DNA from: Minisyncoccia bacterium
Lineage (GTDB): Bacteria > Patescibacteriota > Minisyncoccia > Phycocordibacterales > UBA9973
Reading direction: 5' to 3'
Length of the DNA: 64,000 nucleotides
NCBI GenBank assembly: GCA_038244685.1
Contig: JBBRTD010000001.1
Coordinates: forward strand, 166,392-230,391
In this document: positions 29,877-40,275 of the stretch, one piece after another
Layout of the letters: each line of letters opens with the position of its first letter
How positions within the stretch are numbered: position 1 is the first letter of the stretch
Position numbers and translations under genes: made by a program
The notes under the pieces: model-generated
The model's input: the letters and a program-made list of their open reading frames with translations, nothing else
The model's database searches: none
Told to the model about the DNA's origin: nothing

Positions 29877-32612
29877 TTAGCTTTTATACTTTTCCATTAT
29901 TTCGGCTTCTACCTCTTCACGAGCGCGACCATATTTTAAGTAAGATAACTGTTTAATTTTTTCTACAATCTCAGGATCATTTCCTTTGGGGGTTAAGCTC
30001 CAATGAGAGGTCATACTAAAAGGTTTTACTGGCGTTCCACTCACAAGCATGCTTACATATGAATTAAAATTGTCTAGTTTAGTAATATCTGAAGCAGTAA
30101 AGGCTGGTTTAAATTTCTGTTCTACAAAGTTTGCATCTTCTGTACTGATACGATATATAGCCATCGAGCCAACGTTTCCAAAAACAGCATTTTTTATCCC
30201 CTCTTCTAATTGCGATATGTATTGATGAGCAATAGTTAAAGACAATCTATATTTACGTGCCTCAGAAAGAATTGATGAAATAGAGTCTGTCGTTACATTT
30301 TGAAACTCGTCTATATATAAATAAAAATCATTCATTTTTTTCCCATACATATCTACCCTAGAGAGTGCAGCCATTTGAATTTTACCAACAATAAGTAGGC
30401 CTATAAGATTGGCATTCACTTCTCCAAGTCTACCTTTCGAAAGATTTACAAGAAGAATTTTTTTATTATCCATTATGTCTCGGAAATTAAAAACAGATTT
30501 TTCCTGAAGAACAACTGGACGCATAATATCGTTTGAGATAAAGTTATCAAATTTAGAGGTAATGTAAGGAACAAAGTTGGCAATAGATTGATCGCCAGTT
30601 GTCTGCTCTGCGCTTTTCCAGAATTGAGTAATTATCGGATTTTTACAATGACTTAACTTCATATCACGAAATGCTTTGTCAGACAAAACTCTCCCGATTT
30701 CTAAAAGAGTTGCTCCACTTTCAGGATGTTCCATAACAAGAAAGGCCGAGTTTTTAAAATACTGTTCAAACATCGGACCTCCTGAAGTTTTCATGTCAAA
30801 AAGTTTATTGAAGATACCCATCAATTCATTTACAACGAAAGTTTTTTGTTCAGGATAATTTGGATCATATTCGAGCATATTAAGTCCCATTGGGCGAGCT
30901 GTATAAGCTGGATCAAAATAAATAACATCATCAATGCGCTCTTTGGGGACGTAACTTAAAATATCCTGAATATCACTTCCGTGTGGATCGATAAAACAAC
31001 AACCTTCACCATTTTTAATATCCTGGGCAATCATATTTTTCAAAATAGTTGTTTTACCTGTTCCAGTCTGACCTATGACATACATGTGACGCATTCTATC
31101 CTCTCGAGACATGCGAATCTCTGTATCTTTTCCGCGATAGCTATTTATACCAAGCAATATACCCTCATTCCCCATTTCCATCGGAGCAGGAGCAATCCCT
31201 GCTTTAGCAAGTTTAAGCTGAGAAGAGACGACTCCATAAGGAAAGTGAAAAATAGTTGCGAGTTCTTTTAAATTAAGAGGCATCTTATATTCATCAGAAA
31301 ATGTTCGATAAGAAAAATCATGAATAAGGTTCATTAAATCTCCACCCTTTGGATGATTAAAATTAAATCCATTTCTATCTGATTCTGTAAACTGATTAAA
31401 TGATGATTCTATTTCTGAAAGTATTTGCTCTGATCTTATTCTTGATTCAGCTGAAGCAATGATACGAATGTTTGTTGCCATAATAGTACTCTTCAATTTT
31501 TCTCCAATATATTCAACTGCTTTATCATTAACTTTCTTGTCTTCTTTCTTTTTAGAAGCACCAAAAAATAATTCAGAAGCTAAACTCTTGAATTCTTTTG
31601 TAACCTGGCGAGTCACACTTGAAGCTGTTCGAACAGACATGCCATCTTTTACATCAGCTAAAATAATATGAAATTTTCTAATTATTTCTTCATCTTCCGG
31701 ACAAATTGTAAGCTGGATTGAAGCTCCTTCTCCTGTCTTTTTAAGCTTAGTCAGAACATTAAGAATTATATTTAAAGGGTCGTGATCAATTGCATCATAA
31801 AGTTTAATAGGATAAACCTCGTGGTGAGCAAGCGTTGCGTAAGAGGCACTAATAAAACCATTCTCGGAGAAAACATTATAGTCATCTGGGACTTCTGTAA
31901 CTTTAGCATTTAAATGTACTCCCAATAATTGCTTCTCAAAAAGCTCAGCTTTGTGAACGGGCACTGCAACATAAAAAATAAAACTATCTGTTCCTTCTGC
32001 AAGTGCAATTTCCAAAGTAAAATGATTCCGGTTAAAATTTTCTCTACCTTCCCCTACTGAATGCATACCTGCATAGAATTGCTCCATTGCAGAAAGTAAT
32101 TCTTTTAATCCTTTTTTATTAGCATCATTGTCAGTAGCATCAGGCAAGGCAATTTCAAAAAGCTTCATATTGAGTGATTTGAAAAGTGGCGTACCTTCTT
32201 TAAGTCCAGGAACTTTATGTGTTGTATATAAATATTGAACAAGGAAACGATGGAAGTCGTCATCTAAATGAGGATTATTCATTTTAGCAACAACAGAAAG
32301 AGCATTTGAAATTCCTTTATCTAATAGGACTCCCAATAATTCTTCCATTTTACTGTCATGTGTTTCTGGCTGTAATCTTAAAACAAAATTTTCAATGTCA
32401 CTTTTCTTCATAACGGCATTTTTATGCAAAACACTTTCTGGTTCATATTTACGATATTCAGAGATCACATTATGAGCAAGGTCTTCTTTGTTTACCTCCC
32501 TACCTTGTTCATTCAAAGCTTTTTCTCTCTCGGCAATATGAGCACGCAAAAAAGTTAACTCCTCTTCTGGAGTTTTAAATTTAGGTGCATTATTTAGATT
32601 AAATCCTTCCAT
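29877..32612 (-). CDS. FtsK/HerA-superfamily P-loop NTPase, TraD/VirD4 (type IV coupling protein)-like or HerA-like; 911 aa, no obvious N-terminal TM anchor
   Basis: Walker A IGQTGTGKTT, FIDPHGSD (DPxG motif of TraG/HerA families), Walker B FYLYIDEFQNV, TIAHQ. About 450-aa N-terminal region of unknown function. Confidence 0.55.
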   Translation of the reverse strand: MEGFNLNNAPKFKTPEEELTFLRAHIAEREKALNEQGREVNKEDLAHNVISEYRKYEPESVLHKNAVMKKSDIENFVLRLQPETHDSKMEELLGVLLDKGISNALSVVAKMNNPHLDDDFHRFLVQYLYTTHKVPGLKEGTPLFKSLNMKLFEIALPDATDNDANKKGLKELLSAMEQFYAGMHSVGEGRENFNRNHFTLEIALAEGTDSFIFYVAVPVHKAELFEKQLLGVHLNAKVTEVPDDYNVFSENGFISASYATLAHHEVYPIKLYDAIDHDPLNIILNVLTKLKKTGEGASIQLTICPEDEEIIRKFHIILADVKDGMSVRTASSVTRQVTKEFKSLASELFFGASKKKEDKKVNDKAVEYIGEKLKSTIMATNIRIIASAESRIRSEQILSEIESSFNQFTESDRNGFNFNHPKGGDLMNLIHDFSYRTFSDEYKMPLNLKELATIFHFPYGVVSSQLKLAKAGIAPAPMEMGNEGILLGINSYRGKDTEIRMSREDRMRHMYVIGQTGTGKTTILKNMIAQDIKNGEGCCFIDPHGSDIQDILSYVPKERIDDVIYFDPAYTARPMGLNMLEYDPNYPEQKTFVVNELMGIFNKLFDMKTSGGPMFEQYFKNSAFLVMEHPESGATLLEIGRVLSDKAFRDMKLSHCKNPIITQFWKSAEQTTGDQSIANFVPYITSKFDNFISNDIMRPVVLQEKSVFNFRDIMDNKKILLVNLSKGRLGEVNANLIGLLIVGKIQMAALSRVDMYGKKMNDFYLYIDEFQNVTTDSISSILSEARKYRLSLTIAHQYISQLEEGIKNAVFGNVGSMAIYRISTEDANFVEQKFKPAFTASDITKLDNFNSYVSMLVSGTPVKPFSMTSHWSLTPKGNDPEIVEKIKQLSYLKYGRAREEVEAEIMEKYKS

Positions 32613-32667
32613 AAGAATTATTATATCACACTACAATACTAAAACAGAAAATACGGGCGTCCATAAA

Positions 32668-33432
32668 CTATATTGTTAAAATTTCAGCATCACCTTCTGT
32701 GATGAGAATTGAGTGCTCAAAGTGAGCAGAGCGAGAACCATCGGCTGTTTTTATTGTCCAATTATCATTAGCGCTCACAATATACTGTTTACCAATATTT
32801 AACATTGGCTCAATTGCAATAATCATTCCTGGTATCAGTTTCTGCCCTTTTCCAGCTTTTCCATAATTTGGAACATAAGGATCTTCATGTATTTTTACTC
32901 CAACCCCATGTCCAGCTAGTTCTCTTACTATTCCATATTTTCTATTTACGAATGACTCAATAGCATGCCCTATATCCCCGACAGTAGCCCCTCCACGAGC
33001 GGCCCAAATGCCTATTTCCAGCGCTTTTTTAGTATCATCGAGTAGTTTTTGGTCATTCTTTGTTATCTTGCCTACAGGGACAGTAACGGCATGATCAGTA
33101 AATAGACCCTTGTATTTAATCCCTAAATCAAGAGAAACAATGTCACCTTCTTTTAATATCTTTGTTTTAAGGGGAATTCCATGAACAATCTCATTGTTAA
33201 CGGAAATACAGATAGAAGCTGGAAATGCTTTTGGGGCACCTTCTGGTCTATAGTTTAAAAAGGCAGGAGTAGCACCTTCTTCTTTAATAAAATCAAAAGC
33301 AAACTTGTCTAGGTCGTAAGTCGAAATACCTGGAGCTACCTTTTTAGCAACTTTTCTTAAAACCTTTGCTAAAATCTTGCCTCCTTCTCTAATAATCTCT
33401 ATTTGTTCTTTTGTTTTTATTATTACTGACAT
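32668..33432 (-). CDS. map: Methionine aminopeptidase type I
   Basis: Pita-bread metal ligands (D...D...H...E...E pattern: FTDHAV, GHGVG, IEPM). Confidence 0.9.
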   Translation of the reverse strand: MSVIIKTKEQIEIIREGGKILAKVLRKVAKKVAPGISTYDLDKFAFDFIKEEGATPAFLNYRPEGAPKAFPASICISVNNEIVHGIPLKTKILKEGDIVSLDLGIKYKGLFTDHAVTVPVGKITKNDQKLLDDTKKALEIGIWAARGGATVGDIGHAIESFVNRKYGIVRELAGHGVGVKIHEDPYVPNYGKAGKGQKLIPGMIIAIEPMLNIGKQYIVSANDNWTIKTADGSRSAHFEHSILITEGDAEILTI

Positions 33433-33475
33433 ATATACTTATACTAGTCCAAAAAATCAATATAATCAAATCGAC

Positions 33476-33506
33476 CCCCAGATAGCGGCAAGGCCGCTAT
33501 CTGGGG
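33476..33506. terminator. GC-rich hairpin CCCCAGATAGCGGC-AAG-GCCGCTATCTGGGG
   Basis: 14-bp perfect stem between the map start and the upstream kinase gene end. Confidence 0.45.
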
Positions 33507-33540
33507 AAAATTGTTTATATTCTTAAATTTTTATCAGGAA

Positions 33541-34230
33541 TTAGTCTTTTATCGTTGTTCCCTTAAAAGGAATACCATTCAAATAATTTTCAAGACTCTC
33601 TAGGTTGTGACCTGACATAAAGGCAACTTCCATTCCTTCCCTCTCGGCTTTTTCCGAAGCTACTGGATCAAACGGAGTGCTTAAGCCTGGTCTCCACTCT
33701 GTAGAAATATAAGTTCTGTAATCTTTCCAAGTAACATTTTCGAATTTTTTAGCATTGGGATTTTCTTTTGGATCACTATCATAAACATAATCAATATTTG
33801 AAATATTAATTATCTTTTTAGCATTTAATTGTTCAGCAATAAGGACAGCACACATATCAGTAGAAAATCCTGGTTTATATCCAGCTCCAATAATAATACT
33901 ACTATCTACTTCTTTGACCATTTTAGGATCAATAATTATATCTCCATGAGCAAAACCACCAAAAGATAATCTTACAAGTTGTGCATTTAAACGAGTTGTA
34001 TATATTCCCATCCAGTCTAATTCATCATGAGTCGCACTTATAATTTTATCTAAAGCTGCATTGTATCTTCGGCAGGTTTTACCACCACCTACTACAATTA
34101 CAAACTTTTTATTTTTCCCTGCCCAATATAAAATTATATTTTTAAAAAGTACAATAAACTCAGGACTGGGAACGTCCGGAACGACGATAGCCCCACCTAA
34201 TGATATAATTATTGTTTCTTTTTTGGGCAT
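33541..34230 (-). CDS. Amino-acid-kinase-family protein, UMP kinase (PyrH, archaeal-type)-like. Start taken at MPKKETIII; ORF track extends to 34293.
   Basis: IIISLGGAIV, VVGGGKTCRRY, YDSDPKENPNAKKF resemble UMP kinase nucleotide-binding motifs. Confidence 0.55.
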   Translation of the reverse strand: MPKKETIIISLGGAIVVPDVPSPEFIVLFKNIILYWAGKNKKFVIVVGGGKTCRRYNAALDKIISATHDELDWMGIYTTRLNAQLVRLSFGGFAHGDIIIDPKMVKEVDSSIIIGAGYKPGFSTDMCAVLIAEQLNAKKIINISNIDYVYDSDPKENPNAKKFENVTWKDYRTYISTEWRPGLSTPFDPVASEKAEREGMEVAFMSGHNLESLENYLNGIPFKGTTIKD

Positions 34231-34231
34231 A

Positions 34232-34831
34232 TTATAGATATTTTTTAATATTATTGATAATATCTGTGTGAATTTCTTCGATTTTCCCTTCACCCTTTAT
34301 CTCAATATATTTATAGAAAGAATCTGATTTAATTTCCTCAATCATCGGTAATATATATTTATCATATTCATTTAGTCTACTTTCTATGGCTCCTTCATTG
34401 TCATCCCCCCTTCCGCGAGCAACCATACGACTTGTCACACTTTCTCTTGAAACATCAATATTAATTACTACAGCTTCTTCTCTTTTAACATAGTTTAGTA
34501 ATTCTTTAATTAACTTTAATTGATCGCTAGTTCGAGGGTATCCATCAAAAAGCAAAACTGATTCTTCGTCTAAAATATCGATTGTACTTCGAACAAATAA
34601 AGCATTAGTTAAAAAATCCGGCTGAAATTTACCCTGCTTCATACTCACATCACGAGCTATATCTTTTACATAACCTGGCTCTTTAAAAAAAGAACGAAAA
34701 ATATCTCCCATGACAATAGATTTAAAGGGAGTATTTAATTTTGATAGATATTGTTTTACAAGTTCAATCTGTGTCCCCTTACCAGAACCTGATCTTCCAA
34801 TAAATATAAATGTTTGTGGTTTATTTATCAT
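34232..34831 (-). CDS. adk: Adenylate kinase
   Basis: P-loop GRSGSGKGTQ, operon position after secY. Confidence 0.9.
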   Translation of the reverse strand: MINKPQTFIFIGRSGSGKGTQIELVKQYLSKLNTPFKSIVMGDIFRSFFKEPGYVKDIARDVSMKQGKFQPDFLTNALFVRSTIDILDEESVLLFDGYPRTSDQLKLIKELLNYVKREEAVVINIDVSRESVTSRMVARGRGDDNEGAIESRLNEYDKYILPMIEEIKSDSFYKYIEIKGEGKIEEIHTDIINNIKKYL

Positions 34832-34890
34832 AATTCTATTATATACTAAAAACGTTCAGACATAAAAAAAGACCCAATAACAGGTCTTTT

Positions 34891-36162
34891 TTAATACTCT
34901 CTCATCGACAGTTGTGCTTCAATCTTTTTAATTAAATCCAAAACAACAGAAACGACAATGAGCAGAGCGGTACCTCCGATTGCAAATGCAGTAATTCCGG
35001 TAATAGCTCTCATAATAAGAGGTAAGACAGCAATGATTCCAAGGAAGACAGCTCCGATGGTTGTAATGCGATTCAAAATTTTCTCTATGTAGTCACGAGT
35101 TGCAGGTCCTGGACGAATACCGGGAATAAAAGCACCATTCTTTTGCAAATTTGTAGCAAGCTGATCTGGATCGAAAGTAACAGCTGTATAAAAATATGTA
35201 AATAGGAAAACAAAGATGAAATAGAATAATGAGTATAACCAAGTATTGGCAACAAACCATAGTAAACCTCTTGAAATAGAAAGAAGAATAGTATTACTCA
35301 TTCCAGCTAAAGCATTACCGATAAGTTGAGGGAAAAGTAAAATAGAAAGTGCAAAAATAATCGGAATAACACCAGCCTGATTAACACGAAGTGGTAAGTA
35401 GGTTTGAGTTCCACCAGCGATATGATCCCCTCTAACTTGTTTAGCATAGGTAACAGGAATTGGGCGTTCAGCCTCAGTCATAACAACAACTCCAGCAACA
35501 ATCAAAACTCCTACAGCCAAGAATAACAAGTATAATGGCATATTTCCAACATTGAAAGTGAAAAGGAATTGAGAAATTTCTTTTGGTATATTCGCAACAA
35601 TTCCAGCGAAAATAATAAGAGATATACCGTTACCAATACCAAATTCAGACATCAACTCACCTATCCACATAATAAGCATTGAACCAGCAACGATCACAGA
35701 AAGATTAGCAAACATATTAAACATTGTTATATCACCCAATATTCCTTGTTTTTTTAATAAGAAAAGAAGTGCTAATCCTTGAACAATAGCCAAAGGAACA
35801 GTAATCATTCTACTGAATTGTGTAAACTTTTTACGCCCAATTTCTCCATCCTCTTGATACATTGCTTTCAAACGAGGAGACATGATTGTCAAAAGCTGCA
35901 TAATAATAGAAGCAGTAATATAAGGACCAACACCTAACATCATAATTGAAAGAGTTGAAAGCCCTCCACCTGAAAACATATTAAGAACTCCTAAAAATTG
36001 ATTATTATTTATGAAAGTCTGAAGTTTTATTGCATCAATACCTGGAATTGGAATTGCAGAAAGAAGTCTGAATAAAACTAGAGCTCCAAGCACAAATAAG
36101 ACACGGGATCGAAGTGTCTTATCAGTAAATATCATTCTTATTTTGTTCCAAACAGTTTCCAT
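34891..36162 (-). CDS. secY: Preprotein translocase subunit SecY
   Basis: 10-TM topology, conserved plug/TM2-TM7 motifs, position after rplO. Confidence 0.95.
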   Translation of the reverse strand: METVWNKIRMIFTDKTLRSRVLFVLGALVLFRLLSAIPIPGIDAIKLQTFINNNQFLGVLNMFSGGGLSTLSIMMLGVGPYITASIIMQLLTIMSPRLKAMYQEDGEIGRKKFTQFSRMITVPLAIVQGLALLFLLKKQGILGDITMFNMFANLSVIVAGSMLIMWIGELMSEFGIGNGISLIIFAGIVANIPKEISQFLFTFNVGNMPLYLLFLAVGVLIVAGVVVMTEAERPIPVTYAKQVRGDHIAGGTQTYLPLRVNQAGVIPIIFALSILLFPQLIGNALAGMSNTILLSISRGLLWFVANTWLYSLFYFIFVFLFTYFYTAVTFDPDQLATNLQKNGAFIPGIRPGPATRDYIEKILNRITTIGAVFLGIIAVLPLIMRAITGITAFAIGGTALLIVVSVVLDLIKKIEAQLSMREY

Positions 36163-36164
36163 TT

Positions 36165-36593
36165 TTATTTAATAGTTCCAAGAGCCTTTTCAATCTTCTC
36201 TTTGGCTGTCTTAGAAAGAATACAATTTTCAACTGAAATTTTTACAGTTATTTCACCATTTCCAAGAATTTTGACAACAGGTAGCTTACCGGCAACTCGG
36301 CGAATAAGGTTTTTCTCAAATAATGTAGCTGGACTTACAATTGAACCTGGAGTAAATACATTTAAAGCTCCTACGTTTATTGGTGCTGGCTTTGTATCAA
36401 AAGATGCAAAACGGTAACCACGAAGTTTTGGAATTTTCTTGATGATATCACGCATTTGTGGGCGGCGCTTATTACCAGCACGGGCTGTCTGTCCCTTGCC
36501 TCCACGTCCGGAAGTCTTACCACGTGTACCTCCACGGCCTACGAGTCTAGCTTTTTTATTTGGGTGTTCTCTTTTTAATGTATGTAATTCCAT
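36165..36593 (-). CDS. rplO: 50S ribosomal protein L15
   Basis: Gly/Arg-rich N-terminus RGGTRGKTSGRGGKGQ. Confidence 0.9.
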   Translation of the reverse strand: MELHTLKREHPNKKARLVGRGGTRGKTSGRGGKGQTARAGNKRRPQMRDIIKKIPKLRGYRFASFDTKPAPINVGALNVFTPGSIVSPATLFEKNLIRRVAGKLPVVKILGNGEITVKISVENCILSKTAKEKIEKALGTIK

Positions 36594-36602
36594 ATAATTT
36601 TA

Positions 36603-37274
36603 TTATTTAACTTCTGCTGATGATTCTTTATTTTCAACCTTAGCAAGAACTTCTGATTCTGCTATGAAGGCAGATACTTTTGGAAGTGAGGCAACGGCTT
36701 TTAATTGGTAAAGAGTCTTGTAAGCAACTCTTGCATTGTTTAATTTATTCTTACTTCCAGAATGAAGTTTTGCAGTAATATTCTTAAGTCCAGCTAATAT
36801 TAACATATCGCGAACAGTACTTCCTGCTACTAATCCTTTTCCACGGTTTGGCATCATTTCTAGTTTTGAACTTGAGAACTTAGATGAAACAGCATGAGTG
36901 ATAGACATTTCTTTTGTAGTCTTAATCTTAAACATGTTCTTCTTTGCTTGACGAAGTGCTTTCGCAATAGCCATAGCTGTATCTCCTCCTTTTCCAGTAC
37001 CAAGTCCAATTGAACCCTTTTTATCTCCAATAGCAAGTGCTACAGCAAATGTCATACGGCGTCCACCGGCAACGACACGAGTAACTCTTCTGATTGAAAC
37101 CATTTTCTGGTCAAATTCTGGTTTTGGTTTTTCAAAAAATGTTCTTGGCTTACGATCTCCCCCTTCACGCTTAGGTCCACGATTATTACTATTAGCCCCA
37201 TAACTTCTGTTGTTATTAAAAGGGGTACTGTTAGTATTGGTAGGTGTATTTTGTTTTGGTTTAGTTGTATCCAT
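36603..37274 (-). CDS. rpsE: 30S ribosomal protein S5 with about 60-aa N/T/P-rich N-terminal extension
   Basis: Conserved S5 dsRBD and C-domain (RVTRVVAGGRRMTF...GSGN). rplO follows directly, so no rpmD (L30). Confidence 0.9.
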   Translation of the reverse strand: MDTTKPKQNTPTNTNSTPFNNNRSYGANSNNRGPKREGGDRKPRTFFEKPKPEFDQKMVSIRRVTRVVAGGRRMTFAVALAIGDKKGSIGLGTGKGGDTAMAIAKALRQAKKNMFKIKTTKEMSITHAVSSKFSSSKLEMMPNRGKGLVAGSTVRDMLILAGLKNITAKLHSGSKNKLNNARVAYKTLYQLKAVASLPKVSAFIAESEVLAKVENKESSAEVK

Positions 37275-37283
37275 ATATTTATA

Positions 37284-37625
37284 TTAAAACTTTAAACCGC
37301 CAGCACGTGCACTATCAGCAAGGGCCTTAATGCGTCCTGTATATTTAAATCCATTACGATCAAAAACACAAGATTTAATTCCTTTGGCAATTGAAGCTTT
37401 CGCAATATTTGTACCTGTTAAAATAGAACGTTCTGTTTTTGTACCTGTTTTAATATCCATGTCAGAAGCAGAAGCAACAGTAATACTCTTTGAGTCATCA
37501 ATCATCTGAACATAAATAAAAGTATTGGAACGGAAAACAGAAAGACGAGGGCATTCCGAAGTACCAAAAACTTTTGTACGAATCTTTTTCTTTAATCTTA
37601 ATCTTTTTTCTAATTTCTTGTTCAT
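37284..37625 (-). CDS. rplR: 50S ribosomal protein L18
   Basis: Operon position and conserved basic N-terminus. Confidence 0.85.
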   Translation of the reverse strand: MNKKLEKRLRLKKKIRTKVFGTSECPRLSVFRSNTFIYVQMIDDSKSITVASASDMDIKTGTKTERSILTGTNIAKASIAKGIKSCVFDRNGFKYTGRIKALADSARAGGLKF

Positions 37626-37653
37626 AATTTTATTTATTAGTTGCTAGTTATAA

Positions 37654-38190
37654 CTATGCAGCCTTCTTTCCTTGCTTACGGCGAATAACTTCATCATTGT
37701 AACGGAAACCTTTACCTTTATAAGGCTCTGGCTTTTTCATTGATCGAACTGAAGCTGTAAATGAACCAACAAGTTCTTTATCGATACCTGTAATAGTAAC
37801 ATTGTTCTTCTCAGCAGTAACAGTCAAACCTTCAGGTATTATTATCTTAACAGGATGAGAGAACCCAAGTGCAAGATTAAGATTTTTTCCAACAACTTCT
37901 GATTTGAATCCAACTCCTTCTAATATAAGCTTTTTTGAATAACCTTCATTTACTCCAAGAACCATATTCTTCACATGAGAAGCATATGTACCCCAAAGTG
38001 CATTAACTGAACGGTCACCTACTTTATTTGGAGTGAAAGTAATTTCAGAACCATTGATGTGGATTGTAACAGGTCCAGGAAAAACTCTAACTAGAGAGCC
38101 TTTTGGTCCTTTAACGGAAAGAGTTACGCCAGAAAGGCTAACTTCTGTACCTGCGGGAACTATAACTGTTTGTTTTCCTATACGTGACAT
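37654..38190 (-). CDS. rplF: 50S ribosomal protein L6
   Basis: MSRIGKQTVIVPAGTEV... two-domain L6 pattern. Confidence 0.9.
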   Translation of the reverse strand: MSRIGKQTVIVPAGTEVSLSGVTLSVKGPKGSLVRVFPGPVTIHINGSEITFTPNKVGDRSVNALWGTYASHVKNMVLGVNEGYSKKLILEGVGFKSEVVGKNLNLALGFSHPVKIIIPEGLTVTAEKNNVTITGIDKELVGSFTASVRSMKKPEPYKGKGFRYNDEVIRRKQGKKAA

Positions 38191-38202
38191 ATATTTATTT
38201 GA

Positions 38203-38589
38203 TTACCACATTCTAAACAATACTTCTCCTCCGACCATTTCTTTACGTGCTTGTTTGTCTGTTAAAATTCCTTTTGGTGTTGAATAAACAGTAATAACTG
38301 AACCACCCTTTGAATATCGAATTTCTTTTGTACCTTTGTATACGCGGCATGATGATTTGGAAACGCGTTCTGCGCCTGTAACTTTTGGAGCACCGTCTAC
38401 ATAGACAATACCTAACTCAAGAACAGGAAAGCCTTTTAGCATTTTCTTTGAAACAGAAGATAAATAACCTTCTTTTTGTAGACATTCTGCTATTGCTAAT
38501 TTTACTTTAGAAAATGACACAGTAACTAGCTCGTGCTCTGCACGTCCAGCATTCTTTATCATATTTACCATGTTTGCTATTTGATCCAT
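38203..38589 (-). CDS. rpsH: 30S ribosomal protein S8
   Basis: MDQIANMVNMIKNAG start typical of S8. Confidence 0.9.
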   Translation of the reverse strand: MDQIANMVNMIKNAGRAEHELVTVSFSKVKLAIAECLQKEGYLSSVSKKMLKGFPVLELGIVYVDGAPKVTGAERVSKSSCRVYKGTKEIRYSKGGSVITVYSTPKGILTDKQARKEMVGGEVLFRMW

Positions 38590-38630
38590 ATATTTGATTT
38601 AATTTAACGAGCTTTATAAAAAGCTAAAGA

Positions 38631-38816
38631 CTACCAACTTGATTTACGAACTCCAGGAAGCATACCTTCATTGGCTAGCTCACGGAAGCAAATACGACAT
38701 AGACCGAAGTCTCTCATATATGCATGTCCACGTGAACAGCGAAAACAACGATTTGTTTCTCGTGTACTAAATTTTGACTTTTTTAAATGTCTTACTGTTA
38801 CTGATGTTTTTGCCAT
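38631..38816 (-). CDS. rpsN: 30S ribosomal protein S14 type Z (zinc-binding, 61 aa)
   Basis: CxxC...CxxC zinc ribbon (CFRCSRG...CRIC). Confidence 0.9.
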   Translation of the reverse strand: MAKTSVTVRHLKKSKFSTRETNRCFRCSRGHAYMRDFGLCRICFRELANEGMLPGVRKSSW

Positions 38817-39069
38817 AAATAATTAACTTAAGAGTTAAACTCCCACATGGATTTCGATATCTCGTTTATTTTCTTAAACGTTTCGGTAAACCGAACCACT
38901 TAAGGAGACAAACGGATCTAAAACTCATGTCTGCTTATACTAGCAAATGAATGAATGGTTGTCAAATTAAATCGCGAGATAACAATATCCCTGACTAAAT
39001 CATATAATTAATTACATCTAAATTAAACAAAAAAGCCCATCAACGACAGGCTTTCTGTCGCTAATGAGC

Positions 39070-39624
39070 TTACTTAATTGGGTAAAGCACTTCACCAAGA
39101 TTGAATGAATTTGAATACAAAAAACGAATAATAAATATAATCATCCAAATAATAAGACCAAGAATCCACAATAGTAGATTAATCCAACCAAGAAACAAAC
39201 TAATTCCATAACCAAAGACAAGAGATTCTCTTATTGATTTTTTCTCATCACCAGGACAACAAAGATAGTATTCTTCCCCGTTAAGAGCCGCTTGATTTAA
39301 TCGATTTTTATCAATATTATCATTGTCTTCGCCACTAAATGATACTGGTATTATGGGCATTATTGCGTTCGTTATTTTCTTATTAACATTTTTTGAATCT
39401 GTTAAGACTGAATCAACAAACCAAAATAATGATTGCCCAGGCCAAATCAAACAAATTGGCAGATAAATGCGCTTTGGAGTCAAATTAAAATCCGGATAAT
39501 CAATTGCCACGCGTTTTCCTATTAAAACTTTTCTCCAATAAAATGTTCGCACCGATACAAACAGATACCCAACTGGTATCCATAGAATAATAAATCCCAA
39601 AATCAACATAGTTATTGTTTCCAT
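39070..39624 (-). CDS. Hypothetical polytopic membrane protein inserted between rplE and rpsN
   Basis: Four predicted TM segments, no known motif. Confidence 0.5.
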   Translation of the reverse strand: METITMLILGFIILWIPVGYLFVSVRTFYWRKVLIGKRVAIDYPDFNLTPKRIYLPICLIWPGQSLFWFVDSVLTDSKNVNKKITNAIMPIIPVSFSGEDNDNIDKNRLNQAALNGEEYYLCCPGDEKKSIRESLVFGYGISLFLGWINLLLWILGLIIWMIIFIIRFLYSNSFNLGEVLYPIK

Positions 39625-39694
39625 TTTTTCAAGTATTAGTTATACATTTTCCGGTATATTAAATTATATGTAGTTAATTGTCAATGACAAAAAT

Positions 39695-39720
39695 AAAAAC
39701 CCTTATCTCTAAGGGTTTTT
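39695..39720. terminator. Terminator AAAAACCCTTA-TCTC-TAAGGGTTTTT (near-identical to the hairpin after tmRNA)
   Basis: Perfect stem with A5/T5 flanks downstream of rplE. Confidence 0.6.
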
Positions 39721-39730
39721 ATTTTAATAT

Positions 39731-40270
39731 TTATTTCTTAAATGGAACACCGATTAATTCAAAGAATTCTGTTGCTTCTGCCTTTGTCTTAGCAGATGTG
39801 ACTAAAGTAATCCCTAGTCCAAAAACATCTTTTAATTCTTCGTCACCAGTCTCAGGGAAAATTGTATGCTCTTTAATACTCATTGTAAGATTTCCGATAT
39901 TATCAACAATCTTTCTTTCAATACCACGGAAGTCCTTTGTGCGGGGAATAGCAACGTTTATAAGCTTATCTAGGAATCCATACATTCGAGCTCCACGTAG
40001 TGTTACCATAACTCCTACAGGGTCTCCAATACGAATCTTAAAACTAGCAATGGACTTCTTTGCACTTCGAGTTGCAGGCTTTTGACCTGTAATCTTCGCT
40101 AATCTCTCCATCACAAGCTTATTGTGATCTTTATTACGCTTTACACCAGAACCAGTACCTGAAGCTACTATCACCTTTACAAGGCGAGGGGCAGCCATAA
40201 CGTTCTTGTATCCGTATTTGGTCTTAAGTGTTGCGTATGCTTTTTTCTCTTTTTGTTTTACTGTTTCCAT
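39731..40270 (-). CDS. rplE: 50S ribosomal protein L5
   Basis: Conserved L5 motifs, operon position. Confidence 0.9.
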   Translation of the reverse strand: METVKQKEKKAYATLKTKYGYKNVMAAPRLVKVIVASGTGSGVKRNKDHNKLVMERLAKITGQKPATRSAKKSIASFKIRIGDPVGVMVTLRGARMYGFLDKLINVAIPRTKDFRGIERKIVDNIGNLTMSIKEHTIFPETGDEELKDVFGLGITLVTSAKTKAEATEFFELIGVPFKK

Positions 40271-40275
40271 ATAAT

